A DNA stretch of 64,000 nucleotides from a virus (lineage: Duplodnaviria > Caudoviricetes), in IMG/VR virus record IMGVR_UViG_3300021399_000098; one strand, written 5' to 3'. Made by a program: the position numbers and the translations under genes. Positions 1 to 10,165 of this stretch are shown here, in pieces. How positions within the stretch are numbered: position 1 is the stretch's first letter; each line of letters begins with the position of its first letter. The notes under the pieces are model-generated. The model searched no databases. It saw only the letters and a list, made by a program, of their open reading frames with translations, and was not told the DNA's origin.

Positions 1-3000
1 AGTAGTACAGTTTGTTGGAACTGACCAAGTACCATTTGTTGAATTAACTGTTGCGTTACCACTAACTTTAGTCCAAGTAGCAGTAAAATCGGTATATGAC
101 TGCCATTCCTCTACTCCAAAAGTAGTACATCTATACTGAACCGTCAAATCAGGTAAATTATCAGCATCACCACACTCAGAAATGTTCTCTACATCATATG
201 CTCCTTGGCTGTAAACAAATCGGTACTCATAGTTCTGGCATCCACAACATGCTTGACATGGACCAGCAACTTGACTAAATGTTACATCGCAATAATCGTT
301 TCCTACCCATGTGACGTTGCTGTCGCTTGGAGTAAATGTGAATCTGATAACTTCGCTTCTAGCTGAATCACAGTTGCAGCTTGCAGCCCAATTATAATTT
401 CCGTTACTCTTACTAATGGTTATGAAATTAGCACCACTTTGATGAGACCAAGTAAGTCCAGTTGAGAAATCAACTTTGTTCCATCCGTCAGTTGATGGGT
501 TTTGACATTGCTTAGTTATCTCCATTCTATCTAGCACACCGTTAGTAGGACAAGCTTGGATACCACTAACACCATCGAAGCAATTATCCATTTCGTATAG
601 CCAAGATGTGCATGGGCAAGTAGAACAAGGTCCAGCTGCTTGAGTAAATGTTACATCACAAGTTAATTCAGTAACAGTTGTACCACCACTAATAACTGAA
701 ACATTCAAACCAAGTGTAGCACTTTTAGCTGTTGAATCACAGTTCTTATCAATTGTCCATGTGTGGTTGCTGTTGTTTACTGTTACGGCTGCTGCACCAC
801 TCTTCTTAGTGTATGTATATGTGAAAGAGCTATAATCGCTTTCGCTTCCGCTTGGGCTTGTACACCAATACTTAACAGTTGGCACTGGTAAACTTCCACT
901 TGTATCGCATGAACTAGCATCAATTGCACTTGGGCATACTAGTCTGAAACTATAATTTGTACAATCACAAGTGTTACAAGGTCCAGCTAACTGACTAAAT
1001 GTAACTTGGCAACTGCCTATTTCATTACCATTATCAACTCTTACAATAGATACAGTGTATTGCTGCTGTCTAGAAGAAGACGTACAGTTCTTCCATGCTT
1101 GCCATGCTGTATGGTTATTTACATCATCTATGAAAGTGTTATCACCAACAAAGTATATATTATAGTCTGTGCCTCTTGTGGCAGTTTCCCAACCTTCGTT
1201 TGGATTTGAATAACGCCCTGCACATCTTTTCTGTACAGTTTCTCCAGTAAATTCTGTTATAGAAGTGCCACAAGCATTTATGTTACTTACATCATTAGGG
1301 CATCTTGTTACTCTGTACTCCCATTCAGTACATGGACATGTAACACAAGGTCCAGCCTCTTGAGTGATTGTTGCATTTACACTAGTCAAAGTTGTTTGAC
1401 CATTTTTAAATGTAAACGTAGCAGTCCACTGGCGAGAAGATGAGGTACAGTTGGTTGTAGTAGACGTATATGATGCACTAGAACCATTAAATGATGGAGT
1501 GAAATTCAACGTATTAGGTGATATAGAAGTTTCAACATTAGTATAATCATACCACTCAGTCCAATTTGAATCTGGGTAAGGTGCTGTACACTTTCTATAT
1601 AACTTAAAGTTAATCGCTCCGTTTCCACCACATTCATCTACTGTTATGCCTTGGCATGTTGCTGAATATGTATAAGCTGTACACTCACAACAAGTAGTTC
1701 CTGCGGCTTGTGTGAACTTATATTGACACGTTCCAATTTCGCCATAAGTACCATCACCGCTTAATATGGCTGTATAATAACTAGTTCTAGCAGCTCCAGT
1801 GCAGTTATCATTTGCGGTATAATTCCAACCATTAAAAGTAATGAAATCATCACCACTAATACGATTCCACCTCATTTGGTAATCTGTATAAGTAACTGCT
1901 GGTGTATCTGGATTTGTACATTTCTTTGTTACAGTTGGTTGGCTAAGTGTTCCACTACCACTACATCCATTAACAGTTACAGCAGTATTAGTTGCACAAG
2001 TAACGCTATATGAGTATGCTGAACAAGTACATGCCGTACAAGGTCCAGCAGCAACACTTACATTTGCAGTAACAGAAGCTAATACGGTTGAACCACTCTT
2101 GAAATCAATAGTAATCGTTCCAAGGCTCTTTGATGTTGAATCACAATTTCTAACTCTGCTTACATAAGTTCCACTAGCGCCATTAAATGTGAAATCAGCA
2201 TCTATGCTAGCACTAGACTTTGTGACAGTTGCTGTTGTGTAGTCATACCACTCTTCAGTATATTCATCCTCTACATAAGGACTAGCACACTTTCTATATA
2301 GTCTAAAGTTGACATTGCCGTTACCTTCACATGGATTGAAAACTACGTTGCTACATGTAGCTGAATATGTGTAAACACTACAGTCACAGTTTTCACAAGG
2401 TCCAGCTTGCTGTGTAATAGTTGCAGAGCAAGTCTTAACCTCTCCACCAACAGTGCAAGTTGCCGTTATAGTACAGCTTCTAGATGAGGTAGTACAGTTC
2501 TTAGGTATTCTAGCAGTTAACACTTGGTCGGTTGGATTATCAAGTGATATGAAGCAACCACTTGGAGCACTCCAAACAACGCTATAATCATTATAAGGAC
2601 TCCAATCTGAATCTGGGTGAGGTCCAGTACACTTACGCCAAACATCCAAACCCAATTGAACCGTCATTTGGTTACATGGAACTTCTGCTAAGTTCAAGTC
2701 AATATTACAATCGCTAGTAGTGCTTTCTCTATCAACCTTACAAGTTGCACTATATGTGTATGCTGTACATTCGCATACATTGGTGTTTCCATCTTGACAA
2801 ACACCCAATGAAACAGAACAACTCTGGCCATTTATACTGAATGAAATAATAACAACACCCTCTTTTCCGCTAGTTTCACAAGGTATTGCATCCATTGATG
2901 CGCTTACAGTCTTATTGGTAGTATTCAATTGAACATTTGTAAGCCATGAAGGATAATCACCATTGTTAATGTGTATATTGGTTACATCTGGATTTAATAT

Positions 3001-4350
3001 TGCGTATGTACCAATAATGACGTTTGTATGAGCGTTGTGGTCAAAACAAGATGCACTTGATACAGACATTGCACCTTCACAGCAACAAGGTCCAGCTGCT
3101 TGAGTTACATTATCACGTCCAGTTGAGTCAACGTCTCTTACTGCTGAAGTTGGATTACAGTCATAATTAACCGTATATGAATCATCTACAACAGTTTGAG
3201 TATAAATACAGTTGCCTGATACGTCATAGCCATTAGGAGTGTAATGTATATGTTGTCCAGGAACAACTACACTACCGTTTTTACAGTCAACAACTTGTGG
3301 AGTGTAAACTATTTGTGAATCGTATGCATCACAATTACAATCATCCCTATTTGTACAATCCAAAGTAAACGTGACATTATTATCAGTATTTCCATGATAT
3401 TCTATTGTCAAATGTTCTTCCAAATGGATTGGGTTTTCAGAAGTTCCACTTGGACATACTACTCTGCCAAAATGCCCACTAGCTGTGCCTGCATCTTCAC
3501 TACCTTTTGTGTCTTTATATACATTAGTATACTCAGTACCGCAAGAATCAACCCAATTATGACGGTCAAAATAATAACCAGTACCTCTTACAGCATAATC
3601 GCCACCATTACAATCAAATGCCGTTTTGGTGGTTGCATATTCTGTTACACCAGTGTAATGGCGACCTTCATAGGAGGTATAACCACCAGTTAATGCCTCT
3701 TGGGTTATTGTGACCGTATCACTATACTCAGTTCCTTGGAAAGTGACCTTACCAGTTACTACAGTTGTTCTAGAATTTGCTGAAATGCTGCCGTTTTTGC
3801 CAACGCTAAATGTTGGATATGAAATGCTACCAAAGTTGCTTGTAGTCCAAGTCACATTACTATCTTGAGTCTCTGACATTGGCTGTGTTGATGACGTAAT
3901 CGTGCAGTTTGAGGTCATATACTTGGTATTCCTAGTAAAACCATATGAATAACTTAAAGTAGAATTACCTCCACATGCGCTTATTGTTGTTGGATTCGCC
4001 CCAATTGAAAATCCATTAAAAGTGGTGTATGCCACTAAAAGGTCTTTTTGGTTAACCTCTTGGTTTTCAGTGTAATTGCTTACACCATCATTGTAGAAAA
4101 TCCTATTTACAACGATACCGTCAACATCATCGGATGGATACGTTCCTTGTATATGATTTACAATAAGCGTACCTCCAGTTAACTCTCTGTAAGTTGGACA
4201 ATACTCATCGTTAGCATAGTCAGTTTTGGCAGTTGTATTAATATGGACAACAGCTCCATTGGAGTCCTTTATAAGGTCTCCAATGAAGTTTTTAAGGTAT
4301 CCAATTGTAACAATTCTCAAACATTCAGTTTGTTTATCTACTATTGCCAT
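1..4350 (-). CDS. Giant Cys-rich repeat protein (>1450 aa, runs off the left edge); probable tail fibre/adhesin with BACON/Ig-like modules
   Basis: Absent from the ORF track, presumably because it has no stop in the window. ATG at 4350 (MAIVDKQTECLRIVTIGYLKNFIG). No in-frame stop in 1-1740 (read in full) or in spot checks further up. Modules of ~120 aa end in T[FI][TS]QxAGPCxxCxC at about 265, 628, 982, 1348, 1699, 2041, 2400 and 3090. Confidence 0.85.
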   Translation of the reverse strand, partial: MAIVDKQTECLRIVTIGYLKNFIGDLIKDSNGAVVHINTTAKTDYANDEYCPTYRELTGGTLIVNHIQGTYPSDDVDGIVVNRIFYNDGVSNYTENQEVNQKDLLVAYTTFNGFSIGANPTTISACGGNSTLSYSYGFTRNTKYMTSNCTITSSTQPMSETQDSNVTWTTSNFGSISYPTFSVGKNGSISANSRTTVVTGKVTFQGTEYSDTVTITQEALTGGYTSYEGRHYTGVTEYATTKTAFDCNGGDYAVRGTGYYFDRHNWVDSCGTEYTNVYKDTKGSEDAGTASGHFGRVVCPSGTSENPIHLEEHLTIEYHGNTDNNVTFTLDCTNRDDCNCDAYDSQIVYTPQVVDCKNGSVVVPGQHIHYTPNGYDVSGNCIYTQTVVDDSYTVNYDCNPTSAVRDVDSTGRDNVTQAAGPCCCEGAMSVSSASCFDHNAHTNVIIGTYAILNPDVTNIHINNGDYPSWLTNVQLNTTNKTVSASMDAIPCETSGKEGVVIISFSINGQSCSVSLGVCQDGNTNVCECTAYTYSATCKVDRESTTSDCNIDLNLAEVPCNQMTVQLGLDVWRKCTGPHPDSDWSPYNDYSVVWSAPSGCFISLDNPTDQVLTARIPKNCTTSSRSCTITATCTVGGEVKTCSATITQQAGPCENCDCSVYTYSATCSNVVFNPCEGNGNVNFRLYRKCASPYVEDEYTEEWYDYTTATVTKSSASIDADFTFNGASGTYVSRVRNCDSTSKSLGTITIDFKSGSTVLASVTANVSVAAGPCTACTCSAYSYSVTCATNTAVTVNGCSGSGTLSQPTVTKKCTNPDTPAVTYTDYQMRWNRISGDDFITFNGWNYTANDNCTGAARTSYYTAILSGDGTYGEIGTCQYKFTQAAGTTCCECTAYTYSATCQGITVDECGGNGAINFKLYRKCTAPYPDSNWTEWYDYTNVETSISPNTLNFTPSFNGSSASYTSTTTNCTSSSRQWTATFTFKNGQTTLTSVNATITQEAGPCVTCPCTEWEYRVTRCPNDVSNINACGTSITEFTGETVQKRCAGRYSNPNEGWETATRGTDYNIYFVGDNTFIDDVNNHTAWQAWKNCTSSSRQQQYTVSIVRVDNGNEIGSCQVTFSQLAGPCNTCDCTNYSFRLVCPSAIDASSCDTSGSLPVPTVKYWCTSPSGSESDYSSFTYTYTKKSGAAAVTVNNSNHTWTIDKNCDSTAKSATLGLNVSVISGGTTVTELTCDVTFTQAAGPCSTCPCTSWLYEMDNCFDGVSGIQACPTNGVLDRMEITKQCQNPSTDGWNKVDFSTGLTWSHQSGANFITISKSNGNYNWAASCNCDSARSEVIRFTFTPSDSNVTWVGNDYCDVTFSQVAGPCQACCGCQNYEYRFVYSQGAYDVENISECGDADNLPDLTVQYRCTTFGVEEWQSYTDFTATWTKVSGNATVNSTNGTWSVPTNCTT

Positions 4351-4365
4351 TGTGTCGCTTTTGTT

Positions 4366-7134
4366 TTATTTTTTATTTTCCAATTCAATAATCCTTTTTC
4401 TAAGCTCTTCATTCTGCATACTTAGATTTACACAGAAGTCCTCTAGATAAGAAAGTTTGAGCATCATAAATGCCGTATAGTCAACAGCCTTGAAGCCATC
4501 TTCCTTGGTATATACAAGCTCATTTAGACCAGCTGCCTCAACCTCTTGTGCGATTACACCATAAGTCTTTGTCTTATTTGGGTCATCCTTGAAGTTAAAT
4601 GACTTGGCTTGAACTCTCTTAGCCTTGTTGAAATCGTTTCTAGTAACTGGTTTGATATTCTCTTTTAATCTTTCATCTGAAGAATAGATTGCTGCTACAG
4701 CAGTAACAGTACCATCAATTTCTATTGGATATTCGAAAGTATAATAATCTCCTGTATGGCTACCATCGCTATTCTTATGATTCTTCATGTGACTGAACTC
4801 ATTAGGAATAGTAAAGGTTGTGGTTGAGCTTCCGCTTAAGTTAGAACACTTTGCAGTTGTTTCTCTAACATCGCCATATTGAGAACAAACCTTTGCACTT
4901 AGGCCATTGTTAATGGTAACTGAACCATCAACGATAGTATCACCCTTAATAATGGTGTCACCACTAATATGAGTATCACCAGTGATGTTGGTTACTGGAG
5001 AATTAATCGTCACGCTAGATGTTGAGTTAATGGTAACTGAACTTGAGGTCTTTCCACTGCTACAGTTAAGTCCGATATGTGTTTCCTTACCATACAAAGC
5101 AGCCTTTGTATTACCTTCCATACACAATGTAGTGTTAGCACTGATACTAGTTGAAGCTGTTGATGTGATGTTTACGTTTCCACCGTTCTCGTTGATTGTT
5201 GTACCTTCAATATTCGTAGTGGTTGATGTGTTGTTGTTGCAAGACTTACCAATGTTCGTGGTTGCACCATAGAAATTAGCGTTTGTTCCTGCTGACACAC
5301 AAGTTGCACCAGTTGAAGATACATTCACAGTTCCACCGCTTTCAGCTATTGCCTTACCGTTAATCGTGGTTATTGTAGATACGTTTGCGTTACGACAGTC
5401 AACACCGATATTGGTCTTTGAAACACCACAGAAAGTTGCATTTACGCTAGCTGTTGAGCAAAGGTCGTTGTTTGCTGTAATCACTATGTCGTTTTCAGCA
5501 GACTCAAGAATGTCTTCCTTTGCTGTCAAGCCTAAGTTACCAACTACTGCGTCAACGATTACTCTATTACCTCTAACGGTTGTTGTTGCTGCCGTTGCAG
5601 TGTTATCACAGCTAATACCAACGTTTGTATTCTGACTACCATACAACGTTATGTCTTCCCTACTGTTCAAGCACAAATCGTCTAATACGTTAATAGTAAC
5701 TTCGTCACCACCAAGATTAATTGTAGTACCGCTAATGTTGACTGTAGTAGCAGTAGTTGTGTTGTTACAGTCAATACCAATGTTGGTTTCAGCACCATAA
5801 ATGTTAGCGTTTGTTGCACCACTTATACAGACTACGTCACCATTGACATCATAGTTTGTGATGTTAACAGTACCATTCGTAAAGTTCTGTGTTAGGTTAG
5901 TTCCACCTTCATTGATTGTTGTGCCGCTAATGTTGATTGTGGTTGCAGATGCTCCACTGTTACAGTTTACACCAATATTAGTAGTTGCGCCATACAAAGC
6001 AGCCTTTGTTGCTCCGTTTAAGCATAGAACATCAGTATCTACCTTTACATCAGTAACAGCACTCATAGTTATCTCATCACCTGCATTGATGATGGTATCA
6101 CCAGCAGAAGTAATGTTAATTGTGTTACCGCTTTCATTAATGGTAGTTCCACTTAATCCTAAGTTAGGGGTTACATCACCGCCACAAGATACACCAACCT
6201 TCGTATTAGCTTTACCGTAGAAATCAGCATCTTTCTCTGCTGTAATACATACATTGTTGTTAGTACTAGTGATGTTGGTTGCTTCAGTTGATATTACATT
6301 AACGCTACCATTTGCACTGATTTGTGTATTACCAGTGGTATATGTTCCAATTGTTCCACCACTAATACTTGTAGTTGTAGCCTTAACATCAAAATTAGCA
6401 CCACTTATAGATGTCGTGCCAGTAGTCTTTATGGTTAAGTTCTCACCACTGTATGTATGGTTTGTTATATTGGTCGTTGCTGACGTTACAGTTGTCGTTG
6501 CAGTACCAATCGTAGTGTTAGCTGAACTAACTGTGGTAGTTGCTGTCTGAACATTTGTATATGCGCTGTCTGCAACAGTCTTAGCAGTACCAACATTAAT
6601 ATCCAATAAGCTTCCGCAAGAACCGTCTAAACCTTGAATCTTGGTTGTTCCTTGAAGCAAAGCACCGCAAGTTGTAGTGATTGAGCTAAATGAAGGATTA
6701 CCACCGTTCATTGCATACATGTCCATATTAACTGCGAAACCTGCACCATCTTTAGTTCCATCTGGTGAAAGTGGGTTGATTTCGTCTCCATGCATATCAA
6801 TAGCTCCATTTACATCTGTGCCATAAGGAGTCTTAGTAGGAACTACTTGGTTAATCTTAAATAAAAGCTGTGATTTGTTGTTTTTAAGGTCTTGCTCAGT
6901 AGGAATTGTTACGGTTGCTGAATAAGGGAAAACCTCTTTGTATTCCATCCAGTCTACAATCGTAGCATCCTCTGAAAATCTTACAACTTCATTATTGCTG
7001 TTCTTTGTGGAGATAAAAGAACCATTTTTGTTAGCATTCACCGCCAATTCACCCAATTCTAAAGACTGTGGCGTTGGCTGTTTGTCGAACACACTGCTAT
7101 GGATGTGTTGGACTTTTCTTCTGTCTTTTGCCAT
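4366..7134 (-). CDS. Tail fibre/spike protein with C-terminal peptidase S74 intramolecular chaperone domain
   Basis: C-terminal SSDERLKENI...YGVIAQEVE...VDY followed by a coiled coil is the S74 signature. Thr/Asn/Gly-rich beta repeats. N-terminal 'LELGELAVN' motif is typical of tail fibres. Start moved to MAKDRRK at 7134. Confidence 0.85.
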   Translation of the reverse strand: MAKDRRKVQHIHSSVFDKQPTPQSLELGELAVNANKNGSFISTKNSNNEVVRFSEDATIVDWMEYKEVFPYSATVTIPTEQDLKNNKSQLLFKINQVVPTKTPYGTDVNGAIDMHGDEINPLSPDGTKDGAGFAVNMDMYAMNGGNPSFSSITTTCGALLQGTTKIQGLDGSCGSLLDINVGTAKTVADSAYTNVQTATTTVSSANTTIGTATTTVTSATTNITNHTYSGENLTIKTTGTTSISGANFDVKATTTSISGGTIGTYTTGNTQISANGSVNVISTEATNITSTNNNVCITAEKDADFYGKANTKVGVSCGGDVTPNLGLSGTTINESGNTINITSAGDTIINAGDEITMSAVTDVKVDTDVLCLNGATKAALYGATTNIGVNCNSGASATTINISGTTINEGGTNLTQNFTNGTVNITNYDVNGDVVCISGATNANIYGAETNIGIDCNNTTTATTVNISGTTINLGGDEVTINVLDDLCLNSREDITLYGSQNTNVGISCDNTATAATTTVRGNRVIVDAVVGNLGLTAKEDILESAENDIVITANNDLCSTASVNATFCGVSKTNIGVDCRNANVSTITTINGKAIAESGGTVNVSSTGATCVSAGTNANFYGATTNIGKSCNNNTSTTTNIEGTTINENGGNVNITSTASTSISANTTLCMEGNTKAALYGKETHIGLNCSSGKTSSSVTINSTSSVTINSPVTNITGDTHISGDTIIKGDTIVDGSVTINNGLSAKVCSQYGDVRETTAKCSNLSGSSTTTFTIPNEFSHMKNHKNSDGSHTGDYYTFEYPIEIDGTVTAVAAIYSSDERLKENIKPVTRNDFNKAKRVQAKSFNFKDDPNKTKTYGVIAQEVEAAGLNELVYTKEDGFKAVDYTAFMMLKLSYLEDFCVNLSMQNEELRKRIIELENKK

Positions 7135-7213
7135 ATTATTACTATTTAGTACATTAAGAAAAGCAAATATAGATTTGCTTGAATTATTTTTAATAATAAA
7201 TAGTCGTAAACAC

Positions 7214-7243
7214 AAAAAAGAGCACTATTTCTAGTGCTCTTTT
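7214..7243. terminator. Bidirectional intrinsic terminator-like hairpin
   Basis: AAAAGAGCACTA-TTTC-TAGTGCTCTTTT perfect stem with A/T tails. Confidence 0.6.
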
Positions 7244-7365
7244 GTAAGGTTTATAGTTAATTTTGGAACTATATACTTGTTGGCTTCAAATAGGTCATTA
7301 ATAAATATATACTATATATTTATTTTGCCATAAAGCTAAAATATTTTTTATTAAAAGAAAAAATT

Positions 7366-7677
7366 ATGGGATACGTTTATCTAATAGGAGAAATTGGAAA
7401 TGAAAACAGATTTAAAATTGGGTCTACAAAATGTAAAGACATTAACAAAAGACTTAAACAACTTCAAACTGGAAATTCAGAAGAATTATATATCAAAGAA
7501 TCATTTGAAACTGCACGTCCATTTAAACTTGAAAAAATGCTCCACAATCGTTTTAAATCCTCAAACCTTATTGGTGAATGGTTTGAGTTATCAAAAGACG
7601 ATGTGAGGGGTTTTAAAGATGTCTGTGAAGGATTACAAAAGGTTATTGACTGCCTTAAAGACAATCCGTTCTTCTAA
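7366..7677 (+). CDS. GIY-YIG family nuclease (T5orf172/MUG113-like)
   Basis: YVYLIG...KIGST...KRLKQLQTGN...LEKMLH...GEWF motif set. Confidence 0.85.
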   Translation: MGYVYLIGEIGNENRFKIGSTKCKDINKRLKQLQTGNSEELYIKESFETARPFKLEKMLHNRFKSSNLIGEWFELSKDDVRGFKDVCEGLQKVIDCLKDNPFF

Positions 7678-7712
7678 AAAAAAAGAGCAATCGTTTTTGA
7701 TTGCTCTTTTTT
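7678..7712. terminator. Bidirectional terminator between convergent genes
   Basis: AAAAAAGAGCAATC-loop-GATTGCTCTTTTTT. Confidence 0.75.
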
Positions 7713-7736
7713 ATATAATTTACATATTGTTATGTT

Positions 7737-8636
7737 TTATTGTTCTTTTTTAGTCCAATTATACTTACCCAAGTAATAATCACCAGTACCCATCCATACA
7801 TTATAACCACTGCTACCTTGAGGTACTGTTAATGTACCGCCTGTATTTATATACTCGAATGTACTATTTTGTATTGTAGGCGCAGTCATAGCATTAGATG
7901 CTATACTTCTAAGACTTGTGCAATAAGAGAAAGCTATATCACCAATGCTTGTAACACTATTTGGTATAACTATACTTGTAAGATTACTACAACCATTGAA
8001 AGCACCTTTACCAATACTTGTAACACTATTACCAATGGTTACACTTGTAAGGCTTCTACATTTTTGGAAAGTAGCAGCATCAATGCGTGTAACACTATTT
8101 GGTATAATTACACTTGTAAGACTAGTACAATTATCGAAAGCACCATAACTAATGCTTGTAACACTATTACCAATGGTTACACTTGTAAGACCACTACAAC
8201 TACTGAAAGCATAATCACCAATACTTGTAACACTATTACCAATGGTTACACTTGTTAAACCACTACAACCATTAAAAGCACTACTGCCAATACTTGTAAC
8301 ACTATTACCAATGGTTACACTTGTAAGACTTCTACAAAAATAGAAAGCATAATTACCAATACTTGTACACTGTGTGCCAATCTCAGCACTTACAACTGTT
8401 GTCCTATAAACTTTTGTCGTAGCAGATGTCAATTCACCGCTACCTTCAAGTTCTATTGTTTCACCATTGTTTAATGTCAGCTTACAAAAACCAGCATATG
8501 GTGGCACATAAGGATTATAACACACACTTGTGTTTTCTTCTATCAAAGACACATTAGGTAGTATGAAATTACTTGTATCAGCAGTATAAGCATTATACTC
8601 TGCCGTGGTGTTGAATAGTTTTAGAAACAAACTCAT
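7737..8636 (-). CDS. BspA-type (LRR_5/TpLRR) leucine-rich repeat protein
   Basis: About seven 23-aa repeats of the form LTSVTIGNSVTSIGxxAFxxCxx. Confidence 0.9.
   Translation of the reverse strand: MSLFLKLFNTTAEYNAYTADTSNFILPNVSLIEENTSVCYNPYVPPYAGFCKLTLNNGETIELEGSGELTSATTKVYRTTVVSAEIGTQCTSIGNYAFYFCRSLTSVTIGNSVTSIGSSAFNGCSGLTSVTIGNSVTSIGDYAFSSCSGLTSVTIGNSVTSISYGAFDNCTSLTSVIIPNSVTRIDAATFQKCRSLTSVTIGNSVTSIGKGAFNGCSNLTSIVIPNSVTSIGDIAFSYCTSLRSIASNAMTAPTIQNSTFEYINTGGTLTVPQGSSGYNVWMGTGDYYLGKYNWTKKEQ
7945..8370 (-). repeat. 69-bp tandem repeats encoding the LRR units
   Basis: Near-identical 'cttgtaacactattaccaatggttacacttgt' recurs with 69-nt periodicity; a second unit type reads 'acactatttggtataa'. 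Confidence 0.85.
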
Positions 8637-8719
8637 AATTGTTATATTACTTTAGTTTTAAAGTTATTATTCTTATATAGTAATAAATATCTGTAGGGAA
8701 ATAAAAAAGCCAAACACTT

Positions 8720-9109
8720 TTAAGTATTCGGCTTTTTATTTTTCTTTCTTTCCTCTAATTTTTCCTTTATAAGCTTTCTTTGGAGTCTGTCGGCTATTAC
8801 ATCACCATGACATGCTAGAGGCTTGCAGAAGCATTGTAAATACACGTCTTCGCCATTTTTATAGTGCTTATATATTTCGTCAAATGCTTTTGTAAGTTCT
8901 TCATCAACCCCATACATCTTATCGAAATACTTTTCATATGCCTCTATAGCCTCTTCTCTTGTTTTCAAAGACAGCTTTGCTATGCTTGTTCTAACACCAT
9001 TATGCGTAAACGGATTTCCCAATGGGTTTCCATCTTTTGAACGCCCTATGTAGAAATTGTTTTCCTTTGACGTAAAATCTTCATTGTGCGAGTTGTAAAC
9101 GTATATCAT
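8720..9109 (-). CDS. DUF4326 domain protein
   Basis: YIGR...GNPF...LQCFCKPLACHGDVI motif. Confidence 0.8.
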   Translation of the reverse strand: MIYVYNSHNEDFTSKENNFYIGRSKDGNPLGNPFTHNGVRTSIAKLSLKTREEAIEAYEKYFDKMYGVDEELTKAFDEIYKHYKNGEDVYLQCFCKPLACHGDVIADRLQRKLIKEKLEERKKNKKPNT

Positions 9110-9611
9110 CTTTTAACTTGAAATTATAAGTCTCACCCTTTTTGAAAGGGCTGTTAATTTTCTTTTCACTGTCATCTATGTATTCCCTCAAGAACTTGTT
9201 CCAAAGATGCTTGTAGTAGTTAACATACATTCCAACACCTTGGTATTCTCTCCACAACACTTTTCTTCTCCTACTACAAAGAACTCTTCCAGTAGCGGCA
9301 CTTTTTATTTCTTCAGTGTATTCCTTACCCTCATGTTCACTGCGCCATGTACGCCTAATGAGTTTATATCTAGGGTTTTTAAGATAATTTTTCGCCAAAT
9401 TTGGTGCAAGTATGAACAATCTAGTCATAAAGTTATTAAGTGCCCTATTATTCCTAGAAAGATACCCTTCAACGAAATCGTTCTTGTAAAGCCTCCTTTT
9501 CTTGAAATATCTGTTCCCATTATCATACATAATGGTGTTTCTGAAAAACATATATTCCTCGTGTATGAGGCATTTCTTCAAAAACATTAAAAATACTTGT
9601 GTAGCGGTCAT
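9081..9611 (-). CDS. Hypothetical basic protein
   Basis: 176-aa ORF overlapping both neighbours in an operon. Confidence 0.6.
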   Translation of the reverse strand: MTATQVFLMFLKKCLIHEEYMFFRNTIMYDNGNRYFKKRRLYKNDFVEGYLSRNNRALNNFMTRLFILAPNLAKNYLKNPRYKLIRRTWRSEHEGKEYTEEIKSAATGRVLCSRRRKVLWREYQGVGMYVNYYKHLWNKFLREYIDDSEKKINSPFKKGETYNFKLKDDIRLQLAQ

Positions 9612-9814
9612 ACCAAATTGTTGTCAATATATTTCAACCAAGTGTTAATCTCATCTGGAGTTTTCTTGCTCAGTTTGTCAATAATTGATGCCATCGTGTT
9701 TTTATCAATCCTCTCATCATTGAACTTCTCAGCCATTTCAAATGCAGCGTCAATTTGTTCTTTAGGAACATTAATCATTGATGCTACAGCCTTTTTCAAA
9801 AATATGTTGTTCAT
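9608..9814 (-). CDS. Hypothetical protein
   Basis: ATGA overlap with the downstream gene; promoter directly upstream. Confidence 0.65.
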   Translation of the reverse strand: MNNIFLKKAVASMINVPKEQIDAAFEMAEKFNDERIDKNTMASIIDKLSKKTPDEINTWLKYIDNNLV

Positions 9815-9840
9815 AACTATATAAATTTTATTACTTTATG

Positions 9841-9872
9841 CAAAGATATAAAAAATTATTCTAAATCCCAAA
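9841..9872 (-). promoter_or_regulatory. Bacteroidota-type housekeeping promoter (-33 TTTG / -7 TAnnTTTG)
   Basis: TTTG-N20-TATCTTTG on the minus strand. Confidence 0.75.
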
Positions 9873-9874
9873 AT

Positions 9875-10045
9875 TTAGAACTCATTTTTAATCTTATCTA
9901 ACGATTCATACAAATCTTTTATCTCTTCTCTGTCTAGAGTAATAACGTCAATATAATGTCCGTACTTGTCATATATTGTCATTTCATATTTTCTTTCATA
10001 TGAATCATACTCTATTTCTAACTTATCACTCGTAAATACATTCAT
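9875..10045 (-). CDS. Small hypothetical protein
   Basis: MNVFTSDKLEIEYD...; start moved to the ATG at 10045. Confidence 0.6.
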   Translation of the reverse strand: MNVFTSDKLEIEYDSYERKYEMTIYDKYGHYIDVITLDREEIKDLYESLDKIKNEF

Positions 10046-10165
10046 AATTTTTTCATTTTTGAATAAATATATCATTACTTTCAAAAATGAAAAAAGTGCC
10101 ACTATCTTCACAGACAATGACACCGTACTATGAAAAACACAAAACTAAAACAATTCATCGATTTT

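Noticed and set aside
1-4350. Apparent 4.3-kb non-coding gap and short plus-strand ORFs (1006, 3394, 4226, 4243)
   Set aside because: The region is one minus-strand ORF running off the window edge; the plus-strand ORFs are antisense shadows.
7366-7677. GIY-YIG gene as the homing endonuclease of the tRNA intron
   Set aside because: It is ~3 kb away, is a short T5orf172-type domain without DNA-binding extensions, and nothing in the sequence links it to the intron.
7945-8370. CRISPR array or DGR template/variable repeat
   Set aside because: The repeats are in-frame 69-bp LRR units with no unique spacers, and no cas or reverse transcriptase gene is present in the window.
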